From: Phormidesmis sp.
GTDB lineage: Bacteria > Cyanobacteriota > Cyanobacteriia > Leptolyngbyales > Leptolyngbyaceae
DNA: 45,825 nucleotides
Direction: 5' to 3'
Assembly (NCBI GenBank): GCA_043772715.1
Contig: JAYVFW010000193.1
Coordinates: 1-45,825 of the forward strand
Shown here in pieces: positions 19,636-29,065 of this stretch (position 1 is its first letter; each line of letters starts with the position of its first letter). The notes under the pieces are model-generated. The model ran no database searches, was not told where the DNA came from, and saw nothing but the letters and a program-made list of their open reading frames with translations. Position numbers and translations under genes: made by a program.

Positions 19636-22600
19636 ATGAGTTCATCACCTGTCAGTCCCACTTCCGCCATTACAGCCGTAGACTTTGACCCCTTTGCTGG
19701 AGGTGAAGTCTTATTAACCGCTTTAGCAACCGCTGCCCAAAAGGAAATCTGGGCATCCGTGCAGATGGGAGCTGCGGCTAATTGCGCCTATAACGAGTCG
19801 CAATCATTGCGGCTGCGGGGAGACTTGGATGTGGAGGCATTGCAGGCAGCCGTGCAGAGCTTGATTCAGCGACATGAAGCCCTGCGGTTGACGGTGAGTC
19901 CAGATGGCAAAATGCTCTGTGTGGTGGAGTTGCTAGAGATTGAAATTCCGGTGTTCGATTTGTCTGGCTTATCGTCCACCGATCGCGATAGCAAGGTTGC
20001 CAGTCGGCGGCAACAGGCGGTTGAGGAACCCTTTGATTTAGAGCATGGGCCGCTGTTTCGGGTGGAAATCCTCAAACTTCAGCCCCAGGAACATTTGGCG
20101 ATCGTGACAGCCCATCACATTATTTGTGACGGTTGGTCTTGGGCGGTGTTGATGCCAGATTTGGGCAAGCTCTATTCTGCCCGTAAACAAGGCGTGACGG
20201 CAGACTTAGAAGACCCTGAGCCTTTTAGCGCCTATGCTTTGATGCTAGAAGAGCAAGCCAATAGCGATGAGGTAGCGGAAACAGAAGCCTACTGGCTGAA
20301 GCAGTTTGCGGGGTCGGTGCCAGCGCTGGATCTCCCGACCGATCGTCCCCGTCCCGCTTTCCGCACCTTTGATTCTGCTCGTGAAGACTGGGATGTCTCC
20401 CCTCAACTCGTAACCCAACTGAAGCAACTGGGCACCCAATCGGGCTGTAGCTTCATGTCTATCCTGCTAGCCGGGTTTGAAGTCTGGCTGCATCGGCTCA
20501 CAGGACAACCCGACGTGGTAGTGGGCGTACTGGCAGCAGGACAGGCGGCGACGGGAATGTATAACCTGGTGGGGCATTGTGTTAACTTACTGCCGATGCG
20601 GAGTCAAGTGGCGGGTGACCAATCCTTTAGCGAGTATCTCCAAGCGCGTAAATCCACGATCTTAGATGCCTATGATCACCAGCAGTTCACCTTTGGCAGC
20701 CTGGTCGAAAAGCTCAAAATCCCCCGCGATTCTAGCCGCATTCCCCTGGTTCCGGTTTTGCTCAACATTGACCAAGGGTTAGACAATAGCAAACTGCCTT
20801 TTGAAGGGTTGACGGCTGAACTATTTTCCAACCCCCGTGCCTACGAAAACTTTGAACTCTTTGTCAATGCTACAGAGCTGGATGGTCAACTGACGCTGGA
20901 ATGCCAATACAACACTAATTTGTTTGACGCGACCACGATTCGTCACCGCATGGCGGAGCTAGAAACCTTACTAGCTGGGATGGTCGCTAATCCTAGCCAG
21001 ACGATCGAGACATTGCCTCTGTTACCAAAGTCAGAACAACAGATTTTGGCGGACTGGAACAAGACTCAAGCCGAGTATCCCCAAGATCAGTGCATTCATC
21101 AGATGTTTGCTGCCCAAGTCGATCGGACTCCTGACGCGATCGCCGTGATCTTCGAGGAGCAACGCCTCACCTACCGAGAACTCGACGATCGAGCAAACCA
21201 ACTCGCCCACTATCTCCAAGCGCAAGGCATCCAAACCGAAACCCTGGTCGGGATTAGTCTCGAACGGGTTCCCATGATGTTGGTGGCTATGCTCGCTGTT
21301 CAGAAGGCGGGAGGCGCATATGTGCCTCTTGACCCCACTTATCCCCAAGAGCGGTTAGCCTCTATGGTGGCTGACTCGCAGGTTTCGTTGTTGCTGACTC
21401 AAGGCACTTTGGTCGCGGCATTACCGACCGACCACTTGCAGGTGATCGATTTAGAGCGAGATTGGTCAACGATCGCCCAGCAGCCTACCACCAGTCCTCT
21501 GGTGGTGGTCACTCCCCAAAATCTCGCTTATGTGATTTATACTTCGGGTTCCACGGGCACTCCCAAAGGTGTGCAAGTGCCGCATCGTGGGGTAGTCAAC
21601 TTCCTCACCACCATGCAGCAAACCCCGGGATTGAGAGCAGCAGATATTCTGCTCTCGGTGACAACGCTGTCGTTTGATATTGCGGTTTTAGAACTGATGC
21701 TGCCCTTGACCGTGGGCGCGACTACATTGCTAGTCAGCCGCGCGGTGGCGATGAACGGGGAAGCCTTACTCCAGATGCTCCAGAAGTCGGGCGCAACCGT
21801 CATGCAGGCGACCCCGGCGACGTGGCGAATTTTACTAGCTGCTGGGTGGACACAATCCCCCAATTTGCGAATTTTCTCAGGCGGAGAAGCGTTGCCTGCT
21901 GCCTTGGCTCAGGAATTGACCCAGCGGGTGCAGCAGGTCTGGAACCTTTACGGACCAACCGAGACGACGATTTGGTCTACCTGTTATCAAATCACAGGAA
22001 CGGATGCCCCGCCTTTGATTGGTCAACCGATCGCCAATACTCAAATCCATCTTTTGGATGCGGTGCGACAACCCGTGCCGATCGGCGTTCCTGGTGAAAT
22101 CTATATTGGCGGCGATGGGGTGGCGCGAGGCTACTTAAACCGACCCGAGTTAACGGCTGAACGCTTTATTTCTAACCCTTTTAGTGCCGATCCGCAGGCG
22201 CGGCTGTATCGCACAGGTGATCTGGCTCGCTATCTGCCCGATGGCAATCTGCAATACTTCCAACGCCTTGACAATCAGGTGAAGGTGCGGGGCTTCCGGA
22301 TTGAGTTGGGCGAAATTGAAGCCACCATGACCCAGCATTCTGGGGTAAAGGAAGCGGTTGTGGCGGTGCGACCTGCCGAAGGGGGAGAAAATATTCTAGT
22401 CGGCTATGTAGTGCCCACCACTTCCGGCACTGATGCCCAAGTGATTCCGCAATTGCGGCAGTTTTTGCAAGGTAAGCTGCCAGAACACATGGTGCCCAAC
22501 TTGTTTGTCGGGTTAGAGACGCTGCCCCTGACCCCTAACGGCAAAATCGATCGCAACGCCCTGCCCCAACCCGAAGCCACGCGACGAGATTTGTTAGCCA

Positions 22601-22908
22601 GCTATGTGGCTCCTCGCACACCCGTTGAGCAACAGATTGCTGACATTTGGTCGCAGGTGCTCAAACTTGATCAGGTCGGTCTACACGATAACTTCTTTGA
22701 ACTCGGCGGCTATTCGCTGTTGGCGATTCAGATTGTGTCAAGGTTACGTCCGGCCCTGCAAGTAGAAATTCCGTTACCGATTTTGTTTGAACTGCCGACT
22801 ATCGCGGCTTTGGCAGAGCGGGTTGAAACTCTGCGCTGGGCGGCTCAAGGGGCACAGGCAGCAGCGGCTGATTCATCCAATGATGATTATGAAGAGGGGG
22901 ATCTATAA
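19636..22908 (+). CDS. NRPS module C-A(Gly)-PCP
   Basis: HHIICDG, YTSGSTGTPKG, NLYGPTETTIWS, PNGK, FFELGGYS. Start set at ATG 19636 (GAGG upstream). Confidence 0.95.
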   Translation: MSSSPVSPTSAITAVDFDPFAGGEVLLTALATAAQKEIWASVQMGAAANCAYNESQSLRLRGDLDVEALQAAVQSLIQRHEALRLTVSPDGKMLCVVELLEIEIPVFDLSGLSSTDRDSKVASRRQQAVEEPFDLEHGPLFRVEILKLQPQEHLAIVTAHHIICDGWSWAVLMPDLGKLYSARKQGVTADLEDPEPFSAYALMLEEQANSDEVAETEAYWLKQFAGSVPALDLPTDRPRPAFRTFDSAREDWDVSPQLVTQLKQLGTQSGCSFMSILLAGFEVWLHRLTGQPDVVVGVLAAGQAATGMYNLVGHCVNLLPMRSQVAGDQSFSEYLQARKSTILDAYDHQQFTFGSLVEKLKIPRDSSRIPLVPVLLNIDQGLDNSKLPFEGLTAELFSNPRAYENFELFVNATELDGQLTLECQYNTNLFDATTIRHRMAELETLLAGMVANPSQTIETLPLLPKSEQQILADWNKTQAEYPQDQCIHQMFAAQVDRTPDAIAVIFEEQRLTYRELDDRANQLAHYLQAQGIQTETLVGISLERVPMMLVAMLAVQKAGGAYVPLDPTYPQERLASMVADSQVSLLLTQGTLVAALPTDHLQVIDLERDWSTIAQQPTTSPLVVVTPQNLAYVIYTSGSTGTPKGVQVPHRGVVNFLTTMQQTPGLRAADILLSVTTLSFDIAVLELMLPLTVGATTLLVSRAVAMNGEALLQMLQKSGATVMQATPATWRILLAAGWTQSPNLRIFSGGEALPAALAQELTQRVQQVWNLYGPTETTIWSTCYQITGTDAPPLIGQPIANTQIHLLDAVRQPVPIGVPGEIYIGGDGVARGYLNRPELTAERFISNPFSADPQARLYRTGDLARYLPDGNLQYFQRLDNQVKVRGFRIELGEIEATMTQHSGVKEAVVAVRPAEGGENILVGYVVPTTSGTDAQVIPQLRQFLQGKLPEHMVPNLFVGLETLPLTPNGKIDRNALPQPEATRRDLLASYVAPRTPVEQQIADIWSQVLKLDQVGLHDNFFELGGYSLLAIQIVSRLRPALQVEIPLPILFELPTIAALAERVETLRWAAQGAQAAAADSSNDDYEEGDL

Positions 22909-22909
22909 G

Positions 22910-25900
22910 ATGGCACTAGAGACAGAACCGATGACCCTCGACACGCTGCTGTCGGAGTTGCGCCAACGGAATGTGACTTTATGGATGGAGGGCGATCGAC
23001 TGCGTTATCGGGCGGCTAAGGATAGTTTGACTCCCGACTTGTTGGTGCAGATGAAGACCCAAAAGCTTGAGATCATTGCATTTTTGAACCGGGCGACGAG
23101 TTCTAGTAGCCAGCTACCCCCGATCTTCCCGATCGATCGTCAAGGTTCAGTGCCGCTGTCGTTTGCCCAGCAGCGATTTTGGTTTTTGCACCAATTTGAA
23201 CCCAATAGTTCCTCTAACAATATGCCAGTGGTGGTGCGCTTTACGGGCACCCTCAGTGTGGCGGCGCTAGAGCGGAGTGTCCAGGCTGTTGTGCAGCGGC
23301 ATGAAGTGCTTCGGACCAAATTCCCCGCGATCTCCGGACAGCCAACTCAAGTCATTGACCCCCACGTCACGCTCACCCTCCCCGTCACAGATCTACAACA
23401 TCTGCCAACTCTAGAGCGCGATCGAGAAGCCGTTCGGTTAGCGACCGAGGAGGCTCATCGCCCATTTGATCTAGAGAATGGGCCAATTCTGCGCGTGTTG
23501 CTGCTGGTTCTGAGTCCGCAGGAGCATTTGTTTGTTTGGAATATGCACTGCATGATTTGCGATGGGGCTTCTTCTGATGTTTTCTATCAAGACTTGGTTG
23601 CTTTCTACACTGCTTTTTCGGCTGGTCAACCCGATCCCTTAGCCCCCTTACCGATTCAGTATGCTGACTTTGCTCATTGGCAGCGGCAATGGCTGCAAGG
23701 GGAAGTGTTAGAAACTCAACTGAAGTATTGGAAGCAGAAACTAAGCGGACATTTACCCCTGCTCCAATTACCCTTCGATTGCCCTCATGCCGTTGCGATT
23801 CAAACTCATCGGGGCGATCGAGCAGCCTGTATGTTGCCCACAAGCTTGAATATGGCGCTCACAACCCTCAGTCAACAGTCAGGATCTACCCTATTTATGA
23901 CCCTGTTGGCGGCGTTTCAAGTGCTGCTGCATCGCTATTCTCGCCAAGATGATCTGCTGATCAGCTTTGCCAGTGCTGGGCGGGGTCAGATAGAAACTGA
24001 AAGGCTGCTGGGGTTCTTTTCCAACACTTTGCTGCTGCGGACAGACTTTAGGGGTAAGCTCACCTTCCGCCAGTTACTTCAAAGGGTGCGCGAATCTTCT
24101 CTAGAAGCCTATGACCACCAAGATTTGCCCTTTGAGAAGCTGATTGAGGAAATTCGTCCTGAGTCTAACCAAAGTCTGTTGCCGTTGTTCCAGGTTAAGT
24201 TTGCTCTCAACCCACCTTGGTCAAAGGGGCGGGGAATGGGCGCTGTGCAGTTGCCTGATCTGACCATCACTTCTCTGTTTGGCTACATCTATCATGGTCA
24301 GACTAAGTACGATTTGATCTTGGTGATGCGAGAGCAGGATGAAGGGTTAGGCATGGTGTTTGATTACAATGCCGACTTGTTTGATCCCGAAACGATCTCC
24401 CGGATGTTGGGACATTTTCAAACCCTGCTCGAAGGGATTGTCGCCAACCCCGACCAGTTGATCGCAGAGTTACCGCTCTTGACGGAGGCAGAACAGCAGC
24501 AATTCCAGTCCTGGAATGGTACTCAGATCGAGTTGTCCAATGAGGTAGCCGAGGTTGCTAGTATTCCTCAAGCCTTTGCGGCTCAGGTCGAACGGACTCC
24601 AGAGGCGATCGCCCTGATATTTAAAGACGCGCAACTCACCTATCGTGAACTGAACGATCGCGCGAATCAACTGGCGCATTACTTGCAGACTCTCGGTGTT
24701 CAGTCTGGCGATCGGGTCGGCGTTTATCTAGAGCGCTCTATGGATCAAATAGTTGCCTTGCTCGGCATTCTGCAAGCAGGAGGCACCTATGTGCCCGTTG
24801 AACCGGAACACCCTCAGCCCAATCGCTGGCTAAAACAGACCCAAGCCTCTTATCTGTTAACTCAGTCTCTCCTGGCGACGCAACTGCCTGAGTGTCCGAT
24901 CCGATTCATTTGTCTAGATACGGTAGCGCCCGAAATTGCTGCTCAAAGTCAACTATCACCATCGACGCGCCTGACTGCCAACTCTATCGTATCCATGACT
25001 GCTGGGGCGGATGGCTCTACCCCAGTCGGAGCGACTCATCGCAGCATCATCCAATTAACTCAGTCACTCAGCGGGGTGACTCTAGATGCCACTGCCGTTG
25101 TTTTGCAACTCGCTCCTCTCGCGTCGGGGATTGCTGCCTGGGAAATTTGGGCTTGTTTGCTCAACGGCGGCAAACTGGTGATCACCTCGCCTGGGTTAAC
25201 CGATGTCTCTACCTTAGGGGAAAGGATTCGACATTTTCAAATCACTGCCCTGTGGTTGCCCCCCCGTTGGATCAACCGAATGGTGGATCAACAGTTAGGC
25301 GATCTGCAATCGGTGCGGCACCTCCTGACAAGTGGTGATGTGTTATCGCTCACTCATTTGCAAAAATTGCAGCAACGCTACCCTACCTGCCAAGTCATGG
25401 GTGTGTACTGTCCGGCTGAGGCGCTGCCTATCTCGGCCTGTTATCCTCTTTCAAACCTGACTCAGCCGATCGTTCCTACCCCGATCGGATCTCCGATCGC
25501 TTGTACGCAACTTTATTTGCTGGATAGTGATCTTCAACCGCTGCCCATCGGTGTAACAGGTGAACTTTACGTGGGGGGCTGGCTACCCGATGACTCAGAC
25601 ATTCCCGCTGATGCCTGGATTACCTCTCCGTTGACCGCAGCCAATTATCTGTATCGAACGGGTGATTTGGCGCGTTACTTGCCCGATGGGTCTTTAGAAC
25701 GGTTGGGGCGGAGCAATCAATCCGTCACCATTCGTAATTTCTCGGTTTTCACCGCTCAAGTGGAAGTGGCTCTGGAACAACATCCAGCCCTGCGAGAGGT
25801 GTTTGTTGACGTTGAGCCAGCGGCAGAAGGTGATGATCAGTTGGTCGCCTATGTGCTACTCCAGCCGAATCAATCCATTACGCCCAGTCAACTCAGCAGT

Positions 25901-27133
25901 TTTCTCAAAGCACAATTACCGTCCTATCTGGTGCCTTCTGCCTTTGTGAGACTGGAAACCTTGCCGTTGACCCCTCACGGTCAGGTGGATCGATGTTGCC
26001 TGCCGCCGATTGATGATGATGCCAAATTTATCGCAGTCACCGAAAGTGCGGGGGCTTCTCGCGATGACCTGGATCTTCAGCTAATTCAAGTGTGGGAAAC
26101 AGTGCTAAGTGTTCAGGGGATCGGGATTCAAGATAACTTCTTTGATCTCGGTGGGCATTCTCTCTTGGCCGTGCGTTTGTTTGCTCAGATTGAGACAACC
26201 TTTGGTAAACAACTAGCCTTATCGACGCTTTTGTCAGCGCCCACGATCGCCCAACAGTCTGAACTAATCCGTGCCCAAGGGGAGGTAACGGCACAAGACT
26301 TACTCGTGCCTCTGCACCGTGGCACCACCGACACGCCTCCGCTGTTTTGTATTTATGGCATTCTGCTGTATCACGAACTGGCTCGTCATTTGGGACCAGA
26401 GCAGACCGTTTATGGTCTTTATCTTCAAGAAGAAGTGGATTTCTTGCTCAGTGCCGATCGGTCAAGTTCCAAGCCGATCATTTCATTTCAGCAGATTGCC
26501 GATCGTTATCTGCAAAAGATCCGCACGATTCAACCGACCGGCCCTTACCTGTTAGCGGGAGAGTCTTTTGGTGGACTGGTTGCCTACGAAATGGCGCAGC
26601 AACTACAGGCTCAAGGCGAGCAAGTTGCGCTGCTGGCATTGTTAGATACGCAAACACCCGGTAGTACCCTAAAACTGCCCTGGTATCGCCGAGCATACCT
26701 GCATTTGTCTGACCTACTTAACTCTGACCTACTTAACTCTGACCTACTGAACAAAGGACCTGCTTACTTATCTAATCGGCTACGATCGAAGTTCAGCCGC
26801 GACCAGCGGACTTTTGGTCATGTGGTTTCTACTCCGTCTGGTCAAGCGACGCTTGAAAATGATCTGCGGCTCCAGTTTCGTCGTCAAGCCTTTAAAGACT
26901 ATGGGTTGTCTCCTTATTCTGGTAAAACCACATTATTTCGAGCCATGCAGACCGCGAGCAAATTTGAATCCATTGCTGCGAATCCTACTCTAGGATGGAG
27001 TAAATTGGCGATCGGCGGACTGGAAATCCATGATGTTCCTGGCGATCATTTAGGGATTTTGCAGAAGCCCAATGTTAGTGTGTTAGCGAGCAAGCTAAAA
27101 GCCTGTATCCAGGAGACGCAAGGGAAAGAGTGA
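22910..27133 (+). CDS. NRPS termination protein: TubC-N docking domain - variant C - degenerate A - PCP - thioesterase
   Basis: LWMEGDRLRYRA docking hairpin; C motif HCMICDG; A core motifs decayed; FFDLGGHS; TE GESFG and PGDH. Start ATG 22910 just after the upstream stop. Confidence 0.92.
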   Translation: MALETEPMTLDTLLSELRQRNVTLWMEGDRLRYRAAKDSLTPDLLVQMKTQKLEIIAFLNRATSSSSQLPPIFPIDRQGSVPLSFAQQRFWFLHQFEPNSSSNNMPVVVRFTGTLSVAALERSVQAVVQRHEVLRTKFPAISGQPTQVIDPHVTLTLPVTDLQHLPTLERDREAVRLATEEAHRPFDLENGPILRVLLLVLSPQEHLFVWNMHCMICDGASSDVFYQDLVAFYTAFSAGQPDPLAPLPIQYADFAHWQRQWLQGEVLETQLKYWKQKLSGHLPLLQLPFDCPHAVAIQTHRGDRAACMLPTSLNMALTTLSQQSGSTLFMTLLAAFQVLLHRYSRQDDLLISFASAGRGQIETERLLGFFSNTLLLRTDFRGKLTFRQLLQRVRESSLEAYDHQDLPFEKLIEEIRPESNQSLLPLFQVKFALNPPWSKGRGMGAVQLPDLTITSLFGYIYHGQTKYDLILVMREQDEGLGMVFDYNADLFDPETISRMLGHFQTLLEGIVANPDQLIAELPLLTEAEQQQFQSWNGTQIELSNEVAEVASIPQAFAAQVERTPEAIALIFKDAQLTYRELNDRANQLAHYLQTLGVQSGDRVGVYLERSMDQIVALLGILQAGGTYVPVEPEHPQPNRWLKQTQASYLLTQSLLATQLPECPIRFICLDTVAPEIAAQSQLSPSTRLTANSIVSMTAGADGSTPVGATHRSIIQLTQSLSGVTLDATAVVLQLAPLASGIAAWEIWACLLNGGKLVITSPGLTDVSTLGERIRHFQITALWLPPRWINRMVDQQLGDLQSVRHLLTSGDVLSLTHLQKLQQRYPTCQVMGVYCPAEALPISACYPLSNLTQPIVPTPIGSPIACTQLYLLDSDLQPLPIGVTGELYVGGWLPDDSDIPADAWITSPLTAANYLYRTGDLARYLPDGSLERLGRSNQSVTIRNFSVFTAQVEVALEQHPALREVFVDVEPAAEGDDQLVAYVLLQPNQSITPSQLSSFLKAQLPSYLVPSAFVRLETLPLTPHGQVDRCCLPPIDDDAKFIAVTESAGASRDDLDLQLIQVWETVLSVQGIGIQDNFFDLGGHSLLAVRLFAQIETTFGKQLALSTLLSAPTIAQQSELIRAQGEVTAQDLLVPLHRGTTDTPPLFCIYGILLYHELARHLGPEQTVYGLYLQEEVDFLLSADRSSSKPIISFQQIADRYLQKIRTIQPTGPYLLAGESFGGLVAYEMAQQLQAQGEQVALLALLDTQTPGSTLKLPWYRRAYLHLSDLLNSDLLNSDLLNKGPAYLSNRLRSKFSRDQRTFGHVVSTPSGQATLENDLRLQFRRQAFKDYGLSPYSGKTTLFRAMQTASKFESIAANPTLGWSKLAIGGLEIHDVPGDHLGILQKPNVSVLASKLKACIQETQGKE
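26708..26752 (+). repeat. 15-bp tandem repeat x3 (SDLLN) inside the TE domain
   Basis: TCTGACCTACTTAAC x2 plus TCTGACCTACTGAAC. Confidence 0.9.
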
Positions 27134-27208
27134 GATTTTGGTTTTAGAGAGTTAGAACAATATCTAGCTCGATCGTTGCCCCGTTATCAACTGTCGTCGT
27201 GTCAATGC

Positions 27209-29065
27209 ATGAAAACTCATAATCTGTCGTTGCCTGCTTTCATCCGAGTGTCAAAATTTTGGCAAGACAATTACGTCTTTTTGCGAGAGTTTAAGCATTT
27301 TCCTAAAGCACTTGCGATCGGGGTATTTGCGTCTATCTTCGCAGCCGCCCTTGAAGGGGTTGGAATGGGGTTGATCTTGTCATTTTTACAAGGTTTGATT
27401 GACCCAACTGCAAAAGCGCTCCGCACAGGAATTGATTGGTTTGATCTCTCGGTTTTGAGGATTGATCAACCCCCTGATGTCCGCTTGTTCTATCTCTCAG
27501 CCCTGATTTTGTTTGTCACCTGGTTACGAGCCGGACTGCTATACATTCAAAATCTCTATATTGCGATCATTCAAAGTACTCTGATCTACCGTCTACGCAT
27601 TCAAGTATTTGAACAACTTCAGAGTTTGAATTTGAGTTACTTTACCCAAACTCGTTTGGGCGAATTGATCAATACATTAACGACTGAAATTAGTCGGCTC
27701 TGGCTACCATTTCTTTATGCGGCTGGATTGATTACCCTCACGTTTTCGCTGTTGGTTTATGTGATTGCAATTTTTGCCCTCTCATGGCAAATGTCGCTGT
27801 TAGCAGTTGCCTTGTTGACCTTGCTCTCGGTTGGGTTATCGACGTTAAAGAAGTACATTCGAGAGTCTAGTTTTGCGGTCACCGAAGCAAACGGTCACTT
27901 CACCTCAGTGGCAGTAGAGTTTATCAGCAGCATTTTTACCGTTCATGCGTTTGATACGCAAGAGTTTGAGCGGCAGCGATTTTATCGAGCGAGTGCAGAC
28001 ATTAAACGAAAATCGATCGTTAATAACGCGATTTCAATGATTGTTACCCCGTTGAGCGGTGGGATGGGCTTTACAATTATCTTGCTCATTCTAATTTTAG
28101 GGTTTGTGGTGTTTAAGACACCGCCAGCTACTTTACTGACGTTTATTTATGCGCTACTGCGGTTGGTGCCCGTGGTTCAGCAAATGAATCAAACTGCGAC
28201 GGGAATCACGGAATGCTATGGCTCTTTAACGAAAGTTAAAGAGTTGCTGCAAAGAGGAGATAAACCCTATTTCAAGAATGGGAAGCAGGTATTTGCAGGG
28301 TTACAGCAGTCGATCGAGTTTTGCGCCGTAGACTTTAGCTATGATCCTAATTCCCCAGTGCTTCACAATATTTCTGTAGAAATTAAGAAGGGGCAAACCA
28401 CGGCTCTGGTGGGTTCCTCTGGAGCTGGTAAAACCACGTTGGCGGCTTTGGTGCCACGGTTTTATGATCCGACTCAAGGGCGGATTTTGTTAGATGGCAT
28501 TGATTCAACTAGTTTTGATATCAGTTCTCTCAGGCAGCGGATTGCGATCGTCAGTCAGGAAACGTTCATTTTCAATGCTTCCGTGCGAGAAAACATCATC
28601 TATGGCACCGCTGGGGCGAGTGATGAAGAGGTTTGGCGGGTGGCAAAATTAGCCAACGCCTTAGATTTTATTTTGGAACTTCCCAAAGGGTTTGATACGC
28701 AGTTGGGCGATCGAGGTGCTAATCTGTCCGGTGGACAGCGGCAGCGCATCTCGATCGCCCGCGCCCTGTTGCGTGATCCCGAGATTCTAATTCTGGACGA
28801 AGCGACCAGTGCCCTCGATTCTGTATCGGAACAACTAATTCAAGCTGCATTGGAGCAACTATCTGTGAATCGCACAGTGATTGCGATCGCTCACCGCCTT
28901 TCCACGATTGCCCATGCCGATAAAGTGGTCGTGCTAGAACAGGGACGAGTGGTTGAGCAAGGTCGTTACCAGGAACTCTTGGAGCAACGGGGTAAACTTT
29001 GGCAGTATTACCAAGTGCAGTTTAAGGGATCTGGTAATTCAGAATTATCGGGTTTATCGGCTTGA
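27209..29065 (+). CDS. HepA-like ABC exporter (fused permease and ATPase)
   Basis: FWQDNYVFLREFKHF N-terminus typical of the HepA family; GSSGAGKT, LSGGQ, ILDEATS. Confidence 0.9.
   Translation: MKTHNLSLPAFIRVSKFWQDNYVFLREFKHFPKALAIGVFASIFAAALEGVGMGLILSFLQGLIDPTAKALRTGIDWFDLSVLRIDQPPDVRLFYLSALILFVTWLRAGLLYIQNLYIAIIQSTLIYRLRIQVFEQLQSLNLSYFTQTRLGELINTLTTEISRLWLPFLYAAGLITLTFSLLVYVIAIFALSWQMSLLAVALLTLLSVGLSTLKKYIRESSFAVTEANGHFTSVAVEFISSIFTVHAFDTQEFERQRFYRASADIKRKSIVNNAISMIVTPLSGGMGFTIILLILILGFVVFKTPPATLLTFIYALLRLVPVVQQMNQTATGITECYGSLTKVKELLQRGDKPYFKNGKQVFAGLQQSIEFCAVDFSYDPNSPVLHNISVEIKKGQTTALVGSSGAGKTTLAALVPRFYDPTQGRILLDGIDSTSFDISSLRQRIAIVSQETFIFNASVRENIIYGTAGASDEEVWRVAKLANALDFILELPKGFDTQLGDRGANLSGGQRQRISIARALLRDPEILILDEATSALDSVSEQLIQAALEQLSVNRTVIAIAHRLSTIAHADKVVVLEQGRVVEQGRYQELLEQRGKLWQYYQVQFKGSGNSELSGLSA

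Noticed and set aside
12300-26696. Many 60-190 aa alternate-frame and antisense ORFs inside the megasynthases
   Set aside because: Shadow ORFs expected in long coding regions; no motifs.
27209-29065. Heterocyst envelope (hep) island
   Set aside because: HepA-like exporters also occur in non-heterocystous cyanobacteria, and no other heterocyst or nif genes are present.
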